Positions 1 to 8,402 of a stretch of DNA of 64,000 bases are shown in pieces. How positions within the stretch are numbered: position 1 is the stretch's first letter; each line of letters starts with the position of its first letter. The stretch spans positions 1 to 64,000 of the IMG/VR virus record IMGVR_UViG_3300035670_000056; one strand, given 5' to 3'. The position numbers and the translations under genes are program-made. The notes under the pieces were generated by a model. That model searched no databases, was not told the origin of the DNA, and worked only from the letters and a program-made list of their open reading frames with translations. The DNA is from a virus (taxonomy: Duplodnaviria > Heunggongvirae > Uroviricota > Caudoviricetes).

Positions 1-552
1 AACCACGATATTCATTATCTGTATTACAACAATAGTGCAATGTGCAGTGGTTATGAAGAATGGAAGTATAGAACTATTGACGAAGTGCTGGGTAAAGACC
101 GTGGAACTGTTCGTAATAAGTTTCATTGGTTTATTGTGTTGGATGATATTCTATTGACCCACGCTGGATTGGATACTAGACTATTACCGCCACAGATTAA
201 AACTAACACGGATATATTTAATTATCTTGATGAACAGTCAAAACAAGCATCTTCCAAGTTGCTTTCAAATGATCTTCATTGGTTTTATCAAGTTGGACGT
301 AGTAGAGGCGGTATGAATAGAACTGGTGGCATTGTTTGGTGTGATTTTGATCATGAGTTTAGTCCTATTGATGATTTGAAACAAATTGTGGGTCATACTA
401 GTCAATGGGAAACTGGTAGAGCTAAACAACACAATAGTGAAGGATACATTAATATTACAGATGCAAATAATATTTGTATTGATTGTCATATGAATCAGTA
501 TCTTGTAATGACCGATGGAAAGTTGGAGTTAAAAAATTACATAGATCTGTAA
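1..552 (+). CDS. Calcineurin-like metallophosphoesterase, 5'-partial (continues upstream of the window)
   Basis: Frame is open from nt 1. It carries the GNHD-like motif (NHDIHY) and a later VGHT motif typical of Ser/Thr phosphatase-type phosphoesterases. Confidence 0.5.
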   Translation, partial: NHDIHYLYYNNSAMCSGYEEWKYRTIDEVLGKDRGTVRNKFHWFIVLDDILLTHAGLDTRLLPPQIKTNTDIFNYLDEQSKQASSKLLSNDLHWFYQVGRSRGGMNRTGGIVWCDFDHEFSPIDDLKQIVGHTSQWETGRAKQHNSEGYINITDANNICIDCHMNQYLVMTDGKLELKNYIDL

Positions 553-600
553 GTAATAAAGGTTTATTTGTAACAAATTACAGAGGGATGTTACGTAACT

Positions 601-843
601 GTGACATCCCTTTACTTTTGCATTGTTTATGATATTTTAAAGTATATGGACGACCTTCAAATTACTTGTAACTATTGTGACACCGCAGCTAAAATAAAAC
701 GGGATAAGATTTATATGCAATGTCATTGTGATGATGACCGTCGTATAATTGATATACGAGAGTATCTTTTAGAAGACAAACATCACGATTATTTATATTC
801 TATGTTCAGTGATAATTTTGTGTATAATGAAGCCAAAGCTTGA
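601..843 (+). CDS. Small cysteine-rich hypothetical protein (CxxC...CHC); start may be the internal Met
   Basis: ORF track only; contains CNYC and CHCDDD. Confidence 0.3.
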   Translation: MTSLYFCIVYDILKYMDDLQITCNYCDTAAKIKRDKIYMQCHCDDDRRIIDIREYLLEDKHHDYLYSMFSDNFVYNEAKA

Positions 844-872
844 TAGTTATACTTAAAGAAAGGTATAACATT

Positions 873-1097
873 ATGTCAGGTCTTTATTTGGGAATCAAAA
901 CACAAAATCCAGTAGTTGGTATTACCAGCAACAATCCAGGCGCAGCAAATGCTATGTTAGCCGCACAACAAATGGCACAAGCACAACAACAACCACAACC
1001 AGTTCATCAAGATTCAAAGTGGAATCAAGGACAAGGTACTGTTGTACACGAAATGCCTTGGCACAAAGCACATCCTGGTTTAAAGAACACTAAATAA
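873..1097 (+). CDS. Gln-rich small hypothetical protein (start taken at the internal Met after an AAAGG SD-like box)
   Basis: ORF 840..1097; its stop is followed by the terminator at 1126. Confidence 0.35.
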   Translation: MSGLYLGIKTQNPVVGITSNNPGAANAMLAAQQMAQAQQQPQPVHQDSKWNQGQGTVVHEMPWHKAHPGLKNTK

Positions 1098-1125
1098 TTT
1101 CATTTGTTTGTTTATTCATCACACA

Positions 1126-1154
1126 CCCCACAGTAAAATGTGGGGTTTTTGTTT
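1126..1154 (+). terminator. Rho-independent terminator
   Basis: CCCCACAgtaaaaTGTGGGG hairpin followed by TTTTTGTTT. Confidence 0.7.
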
Positions 1155-1180
1155 GACAGTCAAATATACTATGATATGAT
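1153..1180 (+). promoter_or_regulatory. Sigma70-like early promoter (TTGACA-16-TATGAT); ATG 8 nt downstream
   Basis: -35 TTGACA at 1153-1158, -10 TATGAT at 1175-1180, start codon at 1189. Confidence 0.55.
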
Positions 1181-1188
1181 ATAATAAT

Positions 1189-1752
1189 ATGGATCTCAAC
1201 GCTAAAAAAATCAACGAAAGCTTAGAAAAATCTGAAGCTACTGAATTGAAACCTTGGTACAGAACCAACAAATATGGCGATTGGATATTGGATCATATTG
1301 CCTATGGATGGCGTGTATATTACAAATATTATGATGTAAAACGATGGATTATTAGTACCTATCAACGTATGCGTTATGGTGTAAGTGATAGTGAATGTTG
1401 GAGTTTGGACTGGACACTTACAAATTTTATTCTTCCCAGACTAAAGCATTTCAAGAAGATTAACGTTCATACACACCCACCGCAGGTTACACCTGAACAA
1501 TGGGACAAAATCTTGGATGAATTGATTTGGACATTTGAATATATGCATGATGAAGAAAAGTTCAATCCAACTCCTATGTTTAGATATGAAGTTGACAATA
1601 TGGATGATTACTTTAAAAATATCAAACGTGAAAAAACACCAGAACAAAAACAAGCTTGGGATGAATATCTGAAGAAAAATGAAGAACTAGAAGAACGTCG
1701 TAAAAAAGGAATGTTATTGTTCGCTGAATATTATTCCCAACTTTGGGACTGA
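1189..1752 (+). CDS. Hypothetical protein (187 aa)
   Basis: ORF with its own promoter; no motif recognised. Confidence 0.5.
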   Translation: MDLNAKKINESLEKSEATELKPWYRTNKYGDWILDHIAYGWRVYYKYYDVKRWIISTYQRMRYGVSDSECWSLDWTLTNFILPRLKHFKKINVHTHPPQVTPEQWDKILDELIWTFEYMHDEEKFNPTPMFRYEVDNMDDYFKNIKREKTPEQKQAWDEYLKKNEELEERRKKGMLLFAEYYSQLWD

Positions 1753-2559
1753 CTTACAGTTATTTTGGTGATTTCTAAAAAAGTTAGGCGTTTTGTTACT
1801 AGAAAATCCACATTTATAACAAGAAATTAATTCTAGTTTTCTTTGTTTTTTATTAGGATTTTCTTTGCAGAAATCAAAATGCCATCTTTTCATATTTTTA
1901 TATTCGCCGATTTTATGACAATATATACATTCTGTATTCAAATTGTTTTGAGGACGTAACTTCATTTTTTCCACGTGTTGTTTAGTTTTTTTTACTCCAG
2001 ACTGCGTTTGACTCATTCTAATTTTGGTTTCCACCGAATGTTTTCTGCCTGAAAATCCTCTTTTAACATTCGGGTTGTTTTTATAATATGAAATTAAACT
2101 ATCTTTTCTTTTTGTTATATGTTCAATAGACTGTTTTTTACCAAGTATTTTTAGTCTTTGTTTTTGAATTGATTCTTCAGATTTACTTTTGCCATACAAT
2201 GGATGATTTTTACCTACGAAATATTTTTTTGATAAAAAAACAAATTTTTCAAAAAGTCTGCTATTTAAATACCTAACTTTTTTTCCATTTTTTGTTTTAA
2301 CAAACGCCGACATACACTTGAATGCATATGCTGTTTTTTTGTTTCGGTAAGATTTCCATAACAAATAATGAGCTAAAAAATGAGCTCTAGCTGTTAAATT
2401 AACCAAATTATCGTCGTGGTTTAATCCGCCCATAGATCTTGGAAGAATATGATGTTCTTCAAAATATTTGTTTGTGTCTATTGGATGTTTTTTGTAATAC
2501 TCAATAAATTTAACATATCTGTTGTAATAATGATAATTTTTTATTTTATATGTTTTCAT
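1714..2559 (-). CDS. HNH homing endonuclease with C-terminal Cys-rich (zinc-finger-like) region
   Basis: HHILPRSMGG...N..LTARAH HNH motif, plus CIYCH...CYKCGF. Start taken at the internal Met so that the promoter of the downstream plus-strand gene stays clear; the ORF track extends to 2622. Confidence 0.6.
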   Translation of the reverse strand: MKTYKIKNYHYYNRYVKFIEYYKKHPIDTNKYFEEHHILPRSMGGLNHDDNLVNLTARAHFLAHYLLWKSYRNKKTAYAFKCMSAFVKTKNGKKVRYLNSRLFEKFVFLSKKYFVGKNHPLYGKSKSEESIQKQRLKILGKKQSIEHITKRKDSLISYYKNNPNVKRGFSGRKHSVETKIRMSQTQSGVKKTKQHVEKMKLRPQNNLNTECIYCHKIGEYKNMKRWHFDFCKENPNKKQRKLELISCYKCGFSSNKTPNFFRNHQNNCKSVPKLGIIFSEQ

Positions 2560-2587
2560 ATATAATATATAGTTAAGATTTATGGGA

Positions 2588-2616
2588 TTGACAAAAAATA
2601 TATACGATTGTAGTAT
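2588..2616 (+). promoter_or_regulatory. Sigma70-like promoter (TTGACA-17-TAGTAT); ATG 6 nt downstream
   Basis: -35 at 2588-2593, -10 at 2611-2616. Confidence 0.5.
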
Positions 2617-2622
2617 TATCAT

Positions 2623-3147
2623 ATGAATGAATTAAGAAATTATACACCACCGGATTGGAACGAATGGTTTTTGCAAGGAGTTTATTGGGTTGCTAGTAAA
2701 TCCAAAGATCCCAAGACCAAGATTGGCGCTCTTATTGTAAAAGACAAACGAATCATTTCCACAGGCTACAATGGTATTCCTATCGGAGTAGATGACAAAA
2801 ATGAATTACGTCACGAAAGACCAGAAAAATACAAATGGTATGAACACGGAGAACGTAATGCAATTTACGCAGCCGCCAAGTATGGTATAAACACCGATGG
2901 CGCAATTCTTTATACCAATGCTTTACCTTGTGCTGACTGTGCTAGGGGAATCATCCAAAGTGGAATCAAATGTGTTTATATACATCAACAATTCAATGAT
3001 TTGTGTAATACAACACAAAGAGAACAATGGAAGGGACATGACAATGCCACTTTCACAATGTTTAATGAATCTGGGGTAGAAGTACATACCGTTGATAGAA
3101 TTTTAGGATGTAAAGCATATTTTGACGGAAAAGTGTTTGACATTTAA
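2623..3147 (+). CDS. dCMP deaminase (zinc-dependent cytidine/deoxycytidylate deaminase)
   Basis: HGERNAI (HxE) and PCADCA zinc-binding motifs; the size is typical of T4 Cd or ComEB-like enzymes. Confidence 0.75.
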   Translation: MNELRNYTPPDWNEWFLQGVYWVASKSKDPKTKIGALIVKDKRIISTGYNGIPIGVDDKNELRHERPEKYKWYEHGERNAIYAAAKYGINTDGAILYTNALPCADCARGIIQSGIKCVYIHQQFNDLCNTTQREQWKGHDNATFTMFNESGVEVHTVDRILGCKAYFDGKVFDI

Positions 3148-3165
3148 AAAAAGGTGTGGTAGAGT
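3137..3165 (+). promoter_or_regulatory. Sigma70-like promoter (TTGACA-17-GTGTGGTAGAGT)
   Basis: -35 at 3137-3142, extended -10 TGG TAGAGT at 3160-3165, ATG at 3172. Confidence 0.5.
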
Positions 3166-3171
3166 TTATCT

Positions 3172-3384
3172 ATGATCAATAATAATGAGTTGTTCGCTAA
3201 GGTACTGGCTGATAATCCTCTTCCGTATCGTTGTGGTGATAAGGTAAATACCAATCGTGGTATTGGTTATATCAGTGGTTATAACTTCAAGGACCGTGAA
3301 AAGACTTGGAAGTTTACTATTCGTCCATATGGACTGCCTAATTATTATATTGATGTTGAAACTGTATATGGAAAGGTAGAATAA
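3172..3384 (+). CDS. Hypothetical protein (70 aa)
   Basis: ORF track plus upstream promoter. Confidence 0.4.
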   Translation: MINNNELFAKVLADNPLPYRCGDKVNTNRGIGYISGYNFKDREKTWKFTIRPYGLPNYYIDVETVYGKVE

Positions 3385-3385
3385 T

Positions 3386-3547
3386 ATGGAATTTGAAAGT
3401 AACGAACAAATTTTACAAGATTTGATGGATCAATTACACACATTACATAAAGAAAATGCTAGGTTGCTTCAAAAAATTGAAGCGTTGGAGAAACACAATG
3501 AAGAATTGAATCGTAAGTTAAAAAGCATTCAAGCATTATTTCTATGA
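3386..3547 (+). CDS. Small coiled-coil protein (53 aa), not in the ORF track because it is under 60 aa
   Basis: MEFESNEQILQDLMDQLHTLHKENARLLQKIEALEKHNEELNRKLKSIQALFL; tightly packed with its neighbours. Confidence 0.3.
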   Translation: MEFESNEQILQDLMDQLHTLHKENARLLQKIEALEKHNEELNRKLKSIQALFL

Positions 3548-3714
3548 AAATCTTTTTAGTATTTTTTATTAATTTGGCAGTATCATTGTTAACCAGTATA
3601 TTGCTTTATAAGTTATTTAAAGTGGATGTATCACCTACAATTATTTCTATTGGATTGATTGTTGTGTATATGTTTTTACCACAACGATTTCACGATTGGA
3701 TTGCGGAAAAATGA
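3544..3714 (+). CDS. Small hydrophobic membrane protein (56 aa)
   Basis: MKIFLVFFINLAVSLLTSILLYKLF...; ATGA start/stop overlap on both sides. Confidence 0.3.
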   Translation: MKIFLVFFINLAVSLLTSILLYKLFKVDVSPTIISIGLIVVYMFLPQRFHDWIAEK

Positions 3715-3941
3715 ATATTAGGCCATCACAATGTTTTGAATGTGAGACTGGTACATACAAAGACGTTACTATCAACTACTTTTCAGAATTAAGTGACGGT
3801 AGAACTTGTATAACCAAAGATGTAACCATACAACGATGTGACACTTGTGGTGCTGAAATCTTTGATTCAAAAGCATCACAACTGGTTGAAAATAATATTA
3901 GACAACAATATCCAGATTATTATGAACATTCACGTTCCTGA
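3711..3941 (+). CDS. Zinc-ribbon protein (CFEC...CDTC)
   Basis: Two CxxC pairs; start taken at the Met whose ATG overlaps the stop of the previous ORF. Confidence 0.35.
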   Translation: MNIRPSQCFECETGTYKDVTINYFSELSDGRTCITKDVTIQRCDTCGAEIFDSKASQLVENNIRQQYPDYYEHSRS

Positions 3942-4122
3942 AGAAATTAAATCTAAATATCCTCATATGGAATTTAGGGGTAAACAGCGTCAGTTAAACG
4001 ATAGAACCGTGATTGAAGCGTACAATCATGCAATTAATCAGAACTTTTTTTATAGTTTTGATGAAGATTTCTTTTGGTTTCCCGGTCAAATTCCCGACTA
4101 CAAACTGCCAAAAGTATCTTGA
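3922..4122 (+). CDS. Hypothetical protein (66 aa); start taken at the internal Met of ORF 3838..4122
   Basis: ORF track; overlap logic only. Confidence 0.25.
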   Translation: MNIHVPEEIKSKYPHMEFRGKQRQLNDRTVIEAYNHAINQNFFYSFDEDFFWFPGQIPDYKLPKVS

Positions 4123-4147
4123 CTTGTTATAAAGTGTGTGGTAATCT
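4119..4147 (+). promoter_or_regulatory. Sigma70-like promoter (TTGACTTGTTATAAA...GTGGTAATCT)
   Basis: -35 at 4119-4124, -10 at 4142-4147. Near-identical to the promoter at 9082. Confidence 0.55.
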
Positions 4148-4154
4148 AGAACTT

Positions 4155-4676
4155 ATGACTGAACAAATCTATATGAACCTAAAAGATGCAGTAAAGCGTC
4201 CTAAGTTTGATCTTAAAAATATCAATCGTGCGAATACCCAATTCAAACGATTGGTTGATAATTACCAGAAATGGAATGAAGATGAGGGTGTTAATGAACC
4301 TCGTTCGACATATGAAGACGACATTATTGAGTGTCTTGGTCATTATGATTTGGATGGTTATCAACTTGCTGAATATTTGCATGATTACAAATATGTTGAA
4401 CCAAACACTGAACTGGTAGATATTCTGGATGATGCTCTTTTTGTGAAGAGTTCGCTTGAAAGAGAAATGTTTGCTCAATGGGTTAAAGAAAACTTTTTGA
4501 CCATTCCAGAGGATGTGATTGGCAAGAAGGTTAATGCGAAACAGAATCTTCGTAAATATGAAGATCATTACATTACTGGAATTAGACCAGACACTTATCA
4601 AGTAACTGTTAGTGAAAATGCTACCAAGCAAGGTGGTTGGATTGTTGGATTTGAAAATGTAACTTTTGTTAATTAA
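4155..4676 (+). CDS. Hypothetical protein (start at the internal Met after the promoter)
   Basis: ORF 4074..4676 in the track; Met at 4155 lies 7 nt after the -10 hexamer. Confidence 0.45.
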   Translation: MTEQIYMNLKDAVKRPKFDLKNINRANTQFKRLVDNYQKWNEDEGVNEPRSTYEDDIIECLGHYDLDGYQLAEYLHDYKYVEPNTELVDILDDALFVKSSLEREMFAQWVKENFLTIPEDVIGKKVNAKQNLRKYEDHYITGIRPDTYQVTVSENATKQGGWIVGFENVTFVN

Positions 4677-4902
4677 TATGAATGTGAATCAATTGATTAA
4701 ACGACTACAAATGTACCCACCAGATTTGCGTGTGGTTGTTCGTGGTTATGAAGGTGGATACAATGATGTAGACACTTTTGAAAATCTCAAGCTTGTGCTT
4801 AACTATCATAGTGCATGGTATTATGGCAAACATGAGGATGCGTCAACCATCTATAATGAAGAAGTTAAAGCTAATGTCGTTGATGCATTACAAATTGGAT
4901 AA
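4666..4902 (+). CDS. Hypothetical protein (78 aa)
   Basis: ORF track; 11-nt overlap with the upstream ORF. Confidence 0.4.
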   Translation: MLINMNVNQLIKRLQMYPPDLRVVVRGYEGGYNDVDTFENLKLVLNYHSAWYYGKHEDASTIYNEEVKANVVDALQIG

Positions 4903-4910
4903 AAACAAGA

Positions 4911-5327
4911 TTGGGTTATATGGAACAGTTATTGGTACATTTAGTAGCAGACTATTACTTTCAAAGTGATTGGATGGCTTTAAACAAAAACAAGCGATCC
5001 ATTCCTTGTTTGGTTCATTGTTTGTTATATACTGTACCATTTTTGTTGCTTACCCAAAATTTATTGGCATTATTTCTAATATTTGCTACCCACTTCGTTC
5101 AAGACAGATGGTGTATCATCAAATACTTCGTGTGGTATAAAAATCGTATAGGTCCAGACTGGTCCTATCCATCATATGACAAATGTAATGTAACTGGTTA
5201 TTATGATGATTGGAAAAATACCGATCCAGATGCTAGACCCAAGTTTATTAGTACTTGGCTATACATTATAAGCGATAATACCTACCATCTAGTTTGCAAT
5301 TATTTGATTCTGAAATATTTGGCTTGA
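4911..5327 (+). CDS. Putative membrane protein (138 aa)
   Basis: Hydrophobic segments (VPFLLLTQNLLALFLIFATHF). Confidence 0.4.
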   Translation: MGYMEQLLVHLVADYYFQSDWMALNKNKRSIPCLVHCLLYTVPFLLLTQNLLALFLIFATHFVQDRWCIIKYFVWYKNRIGPDWSYPSYDKCNVTGYYDDWKNTDPDARPKFISTWLYIISDNTYHLVCNYLILKYLA

Positions 5328-5357
5328 GTTTCTTTAAAGTCTTGATGAATTGATTTT

Positions 5358-5690
5358 ATGAAAAATACTCGTAGATATCGTGAGAAGTGTAATGCTAACA
5401 CTATTGGTATATCTTCTACATACGCAAATAAGCGTATCCATGACTTTCTCAAGGGTTGGGGAACTATATCCAAAGATGGTAAATCTGTTCTTTGGGATAC
5501 GTGGCGACCATTAACCAAAAATCAACGTGAAAAGGTGGATCGTCATTGGAAGAAAAATCCTCCGTTCTCAAAGATCATTTTCCCAGTTATCAACAAAGTA
5601 ATGCCTACTATAAGTGCCGCCGAAATTGCGTCTGTCCAACCAATGATGAATCCACCTTCTGGTTCTAAATTTTTCGTTGACTTTCCGTAA
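5358..5690 (+). CDS. Basic hypothetical protein (110 aa)
   Basis: ORF track. Confidence 0.35.
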   Translation: MKNTRRYREKCNANTIGISSTYANKRIHDFLKGWGTISKDGKSVLWDTWRPLTKNQREKVDRHWKKNPPFSKIIFPVINKVMPTISAAEIASVQPMMNPPSGSKFFVDFP

Positions 5691-5704
5691 AGTCGTGGTA
5701 AATT
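5677..5704 (+). promoter_or_regulatory. Sigma70-like promoter (TTGACT-16-GTCGTGGTAAATT)
   Basis: -35 at 5677-5682, -10 at 5699-5704, ATG at 5711. Confidence 0.5.
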
Positions 5705-5710
5705 AGACAT

Positions 5711-6808
5711 ATGAAGATTGACATAGAAAAGGTTGACCTCACCCAATTTATGGTGCATGAACATTCACTTAATGGTGAAATCGTTCATTTGATTCAACCT
5801 CAACATATCGGCACCAAGTGGACTCAAGACAACAAGCACATGCGTAGTGTGGTTGTGAATTATGCCGGTGAAGTTATCAGTGCAGGCTTTCCTAAGTTTA
5901 CTAACTGGGGTGAGAATCCTGATCACTTTCCTGTTCCTAACTCATTAAAGAATGCAACTGTGGTTGAAAAGCTTGATGGTTCATTGTTGATTGTTAGCAA
6001 GTATAATGGACAATATATTCTGCGTACCCGTGGAACTGTTGATGCTTCTACTATGGCTAATGGCCACGAACTTGAAATTTTCAAGAACACTATTTTGTCC
6101 AAGTTGAGTCACATATACACCAGTGATACTTGGAATTATTCTTGGCTTTTTGAGTGGGTTAGCCCTATCAACAAGATTGTTCTCAATTATGGTGATGAAC
6201 CTGATTGGTATTTGGTTGGTGTGATTAACCACGATGACTACTCACTTGCAAATCAATTCTCTTTGGATAGATATGCAACGAACCTAGAACTAAAGCGTCC
6301 TCCTACTTATACTTTTTCTGATGTTCAAGATCTGTTAAAGGATGTTGACCAATGGAGAGGTAAGGAAGGTGTGGTTGTTTATTCAAAGAATGACCAAATG
6401 CTTCACAAATGTAAATCTGAATGGTATCTAAAATTACATTATTTAAAGTCTGAGCTAAGCAATATAGAAAAAGTATTAGATGTTTGGCTAGAACAATGTA
6501 TGCCTGACTATCAGACTTTCTATAACTATATCTTTACCACTTTTGATTACGAATTGGCTGAGCAGTGCCGTGGTATGATTAGCCGTATTTGTGATGCAAA
6601 GAAGGAAGTGGATATGATTGTGGTTGGTATGAATGAGTTTGTGAATAACCGACTCAAGATTCTACCTACTCGTAAGTTACAGGCTGAGCAAGTAATTTCA
6701 GCTTATGGTAATACTAATAGAGCTTCATTTTTGTTCAAAATTTTGGATAATCGTCCATTGGGCAAGGAAGAATATAAAAAGTTACTATTTCAAGTGTTGA
6801 AGAATTAA
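5711..6808 (+). CDS. RNA ligase, T4 Rnl1-like
   Basis: Nucleotidyltransferase motif I VEKLDGSL (KxDG), motif IV-like KEGVVVYSKNDQMLHKCKSEWY resembling the T4 Rnl1 C-region, and 365 aa versus 374 aa in T4 Rnl1. Confidence 0.6.
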   Translation: MKIDIEKVDLTQFMVHEHSLNGEIVHLIQPQHIGTKWTQDNKHMRSVVVNYAGEVISAGFPKFTNWGENPDHFPVPNSLKNATVVEKLDGSLLIVSKYNGQYILRTRGTVDASTMANGHELEIFKNTILSKLSHIYTSDTWNYSWLFEWVSPINKIVLNYGDEPDWYLVGVINHDDYSLANQFSLDRYATNLELKRPPTYTFSDVQDLLKDVDQWRGKEGVVVYSKNDQMLHKCKSEWYLKLHYLKSELSNIEKVLDVWLEQCMPDYQTFYNYIFTTFDYELAEQCRGMISRICDAKKEVDMIVVGMNEFVNNRLKILPTRKLQAEQVISAYGNTNRASFLFKILDNRPLGKEEYKKLLFQVLKN

Positions 6809-6815
6809 AACATTA

Positions 6816-6851
6816 ACCCTACTGATTATAATAAATTGGTAGGGTTTTTTC
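6816..6851 (+). terminator. Rho-independent terminator
   Basis: CCCTAC...GTAGGG hairpin followed by TTTTTTCTT. Confidence 0.55.
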
Positions 6852-6913
6852 TTGTATATGTATGTGTGATAGTCAATAGTGGCTATCATAACACACAAAC
6901 ACAAAGGAAAAAT

Positions 6914-7129
6914 ATGGCAGATAATAATAAAACTCCCTACGAACTACGTTGGGAAATTCTAAAAGAAATGCTCTCTATTACCAGAGAAGAGTGGGCTACC
7001 AAAAAAGAGTTAGCTCACTACAACGCTGAAAAAAGCGGTAAATCAGTTGAATATATCGGTGATATTCCGTTACACGATGCGTTGCAACGTGCAGAAAATG
7101 TATATACATCGTTTATTTGTAAGAAGTAA
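6914..7129 (+). CDS. Small hypothetical protein (start at the internal Met; the track ORF 6836..7129 would overlap the terminator)
   Basis: MADNNKTPYELRW... Confidence 0.35.
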   Translation: MADNNKTPYELRWEILKEMLSITREEWATKKELAHYNAEKSGKSVEYIGDIPLHDALQRAENVYTSFICKK

Positions 7130-7150
7130 TCACTTAAAGAACTAACACTA

Positions 7151-7184
7151 ACCCCGCTATTAATTTAGTGGGGTTTTATTTTTT
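7151..7184 (+). terminator. Rho-independent terminator (copy 1 of a repeated hairpin)
   Basis: CCCCGCTAttaattTAGTGGGG followed by TTTTATTTTTTG. Confidence 0.65.
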
Positions 7185-7220
7185 GTATATATTTATATAT
7201 AACACAAAAAATCATAAATT

Positions 7221-7424
7221 ATGAGCAATAAACTTAACGAAACATTTCAAAAGCATTTAGGTCTTTTCCACAAAAAGATTAATGAAGTAACTACAGAAGG
7301 CACTGAACCAGCTGGTTTAAAAGGCGCTACGGTAATTGATGTAATCACATCAAGTGATGGCAAAGTACATCTTCGATTGGCAGCTGCAAATTCAACCCAG
7401 TTATATGACGCTGTATTAGTATAA
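7221..7424 (+). CDS. Small hypothetical protein (67 aa) flanked by two near-identical terminator hairpins
   Basis: ORF track. Confidence 0.4.
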   Translation: MSNKLNETFQKHLGLFHKKINEVTTEGTEPAGLKGATVIDVITSSDGKVHLRLAAANSTQLYDAVLV

Positions 7425-7450
7425 AAATACACATCACATTAAAATTAAAA

Positions 7451-7484
7451 ACCCCACTATTAATTTAGTGGGGTTATTTGTTTA
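7451..7484. terminator. Bidirectional rho-independent terminator (copy 2 of the repeated hairpin)
   Basis: CCCCACTAttaattTAGTGGGG with an A-run on the left and TTATTTGTTT on the right. It ends both 7221..7424 (+) and 7485..7808 (-). Confidence 0.65.
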
Positions 7485-7808
7485 TTAGTCTTTCTTGTGT
7501 GGTTTGGTTGGTCTATCACCATCTTTTGTTGGAGGAGGACCATCATGTTTTGGACCTTTTGGTCCGCCTGGTGGTGGTCCAAAACTTCTCATTAATTTAC
7601 GATCATCATCACTAATTTTGGTACGTTCTTCTTTATCTAACTTACCATCTTTATTTACATCATATTTAGCAATCAAAGCAGTACGTTGTGCTTTTTGTTC
7701 CTCTGTCAACTTTGGACGAGGAGGACGATTGCCTGGAGGTGGACCTTTTGGACCTTCTTGAGCATTTAGAGCAAATGCTGCGGTTAATACTAATAGATAC
7801 TTTAACAT
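7485..7808 (-). CDS. Secreted proline-rich protein with an EF-hand-like calcium-binding loop
   Basis: N-terminal signal peptide MLKYLLVLTAAFALNAQ, PPGxxPP repeats, and DVNKDGKLDKEE matching the DxNxDGxIxxxE EF-hand loop. Confidence 0.5.
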   Translation of the reverse strand: MLKYLLVLTAAFALNAQEGPKGPPPGNRPPRPKLTEEQKAQRTALIAKYDVNKDGKLDKEERTKISDDDRKLMRSFGPPPGGPKGPKHDGPPPTKDGDRPTKPHKKD

Positions 7809-7908
7809 ATATTTCCTTTGTTTACGTAACCACCATTGATTACATTACATATATACTATATCAATCACACCAAATAAACATCTTTTACCTACCCTTTACA
7901 ATTTTCTC

Positions 7909-7937
7909 TTGACTTTATAACAAGTAGATGTTAATCT
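7909..7937 (+). promoter_or_regulatory. Sigma70-like promoter (TTGACTTTATAACAA...TAATCT)
   Basis: -35 at 7909-7914, -10 at 7932-7937, ATG at 7944. Confidence 0.45.
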
Positions 7938-7943
7938 ACATAT

Positions 7944-8402
7944 ATGAATAATACAATTTATATCGCCGTTGGCTTGCCTGGAAGTGGTAAGTCAACCTAT
8001 GCAAAGAACTTCATTAAAGGAAAAGATATTGAATATCTCAGTAGTGATGAACTACGTGCTGTATTTGGTAAAAGTGAAGAAGATCAAACGGTAACGCCAC
8101 TTGTTTTTGGCCATATCAAAAGAAAGGTTGACGAATACCTAAAGAATGGTAAAAATGTATTGGTAGACGCAACCAGCGTAAATCGCAAGGAACGAGCTGA
8201 CTACATCAATTCAGCCAAGAAGTATGGTGCAAAAGTAGTTGCTCTTGTATTCAAGATGGATCGTGCTGGATTAATTGCAAGAAACCAAAAGAGGGGACAA
8301 GAGGGTGGCAGAGTTGTACCTGATTGGGTAATTGACAAGATGTTGGCAAAGTATGAAGAACCTTCTACCAGTGAAGGTATTGATGAGGTAATTTATGTTT
8401 GA
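7944..8402 (+). CDS. P-loop kinase, polynucleotide 5'-kinase (Pnk)-like
   Basis: Walker A GLPGSGKST very close to the N-terminus, as in the T4 Pnk kinase domain; 152 aa. Confidence 0.6.
   Translation: MNNTIYIAVGLPGSGKSTYAKNFIKGKDIEYLSSDELRAVFGKSEEDQTVTPLVFGHIKRKVDEYLKNGKNVLVDATSVNRKERADYINSAKKYGAKVVALVFKMDRAGLIARNQKRGQEGGRVVPDWVIDKMLAKYEEPSTSEGIDEVIYV

Noticed and set aside
4179-4631. Antisense ORFs inside early genes (4179..4631, 5981..6232, 8584..8814, 10033..10299, 17694..17990, 18691..19017)
   Set aside because: They sit fully inside longer, motif-supported sense ORFs in an AT-rich genome, where long antisense ORFs arise by chance. None has promoter support.
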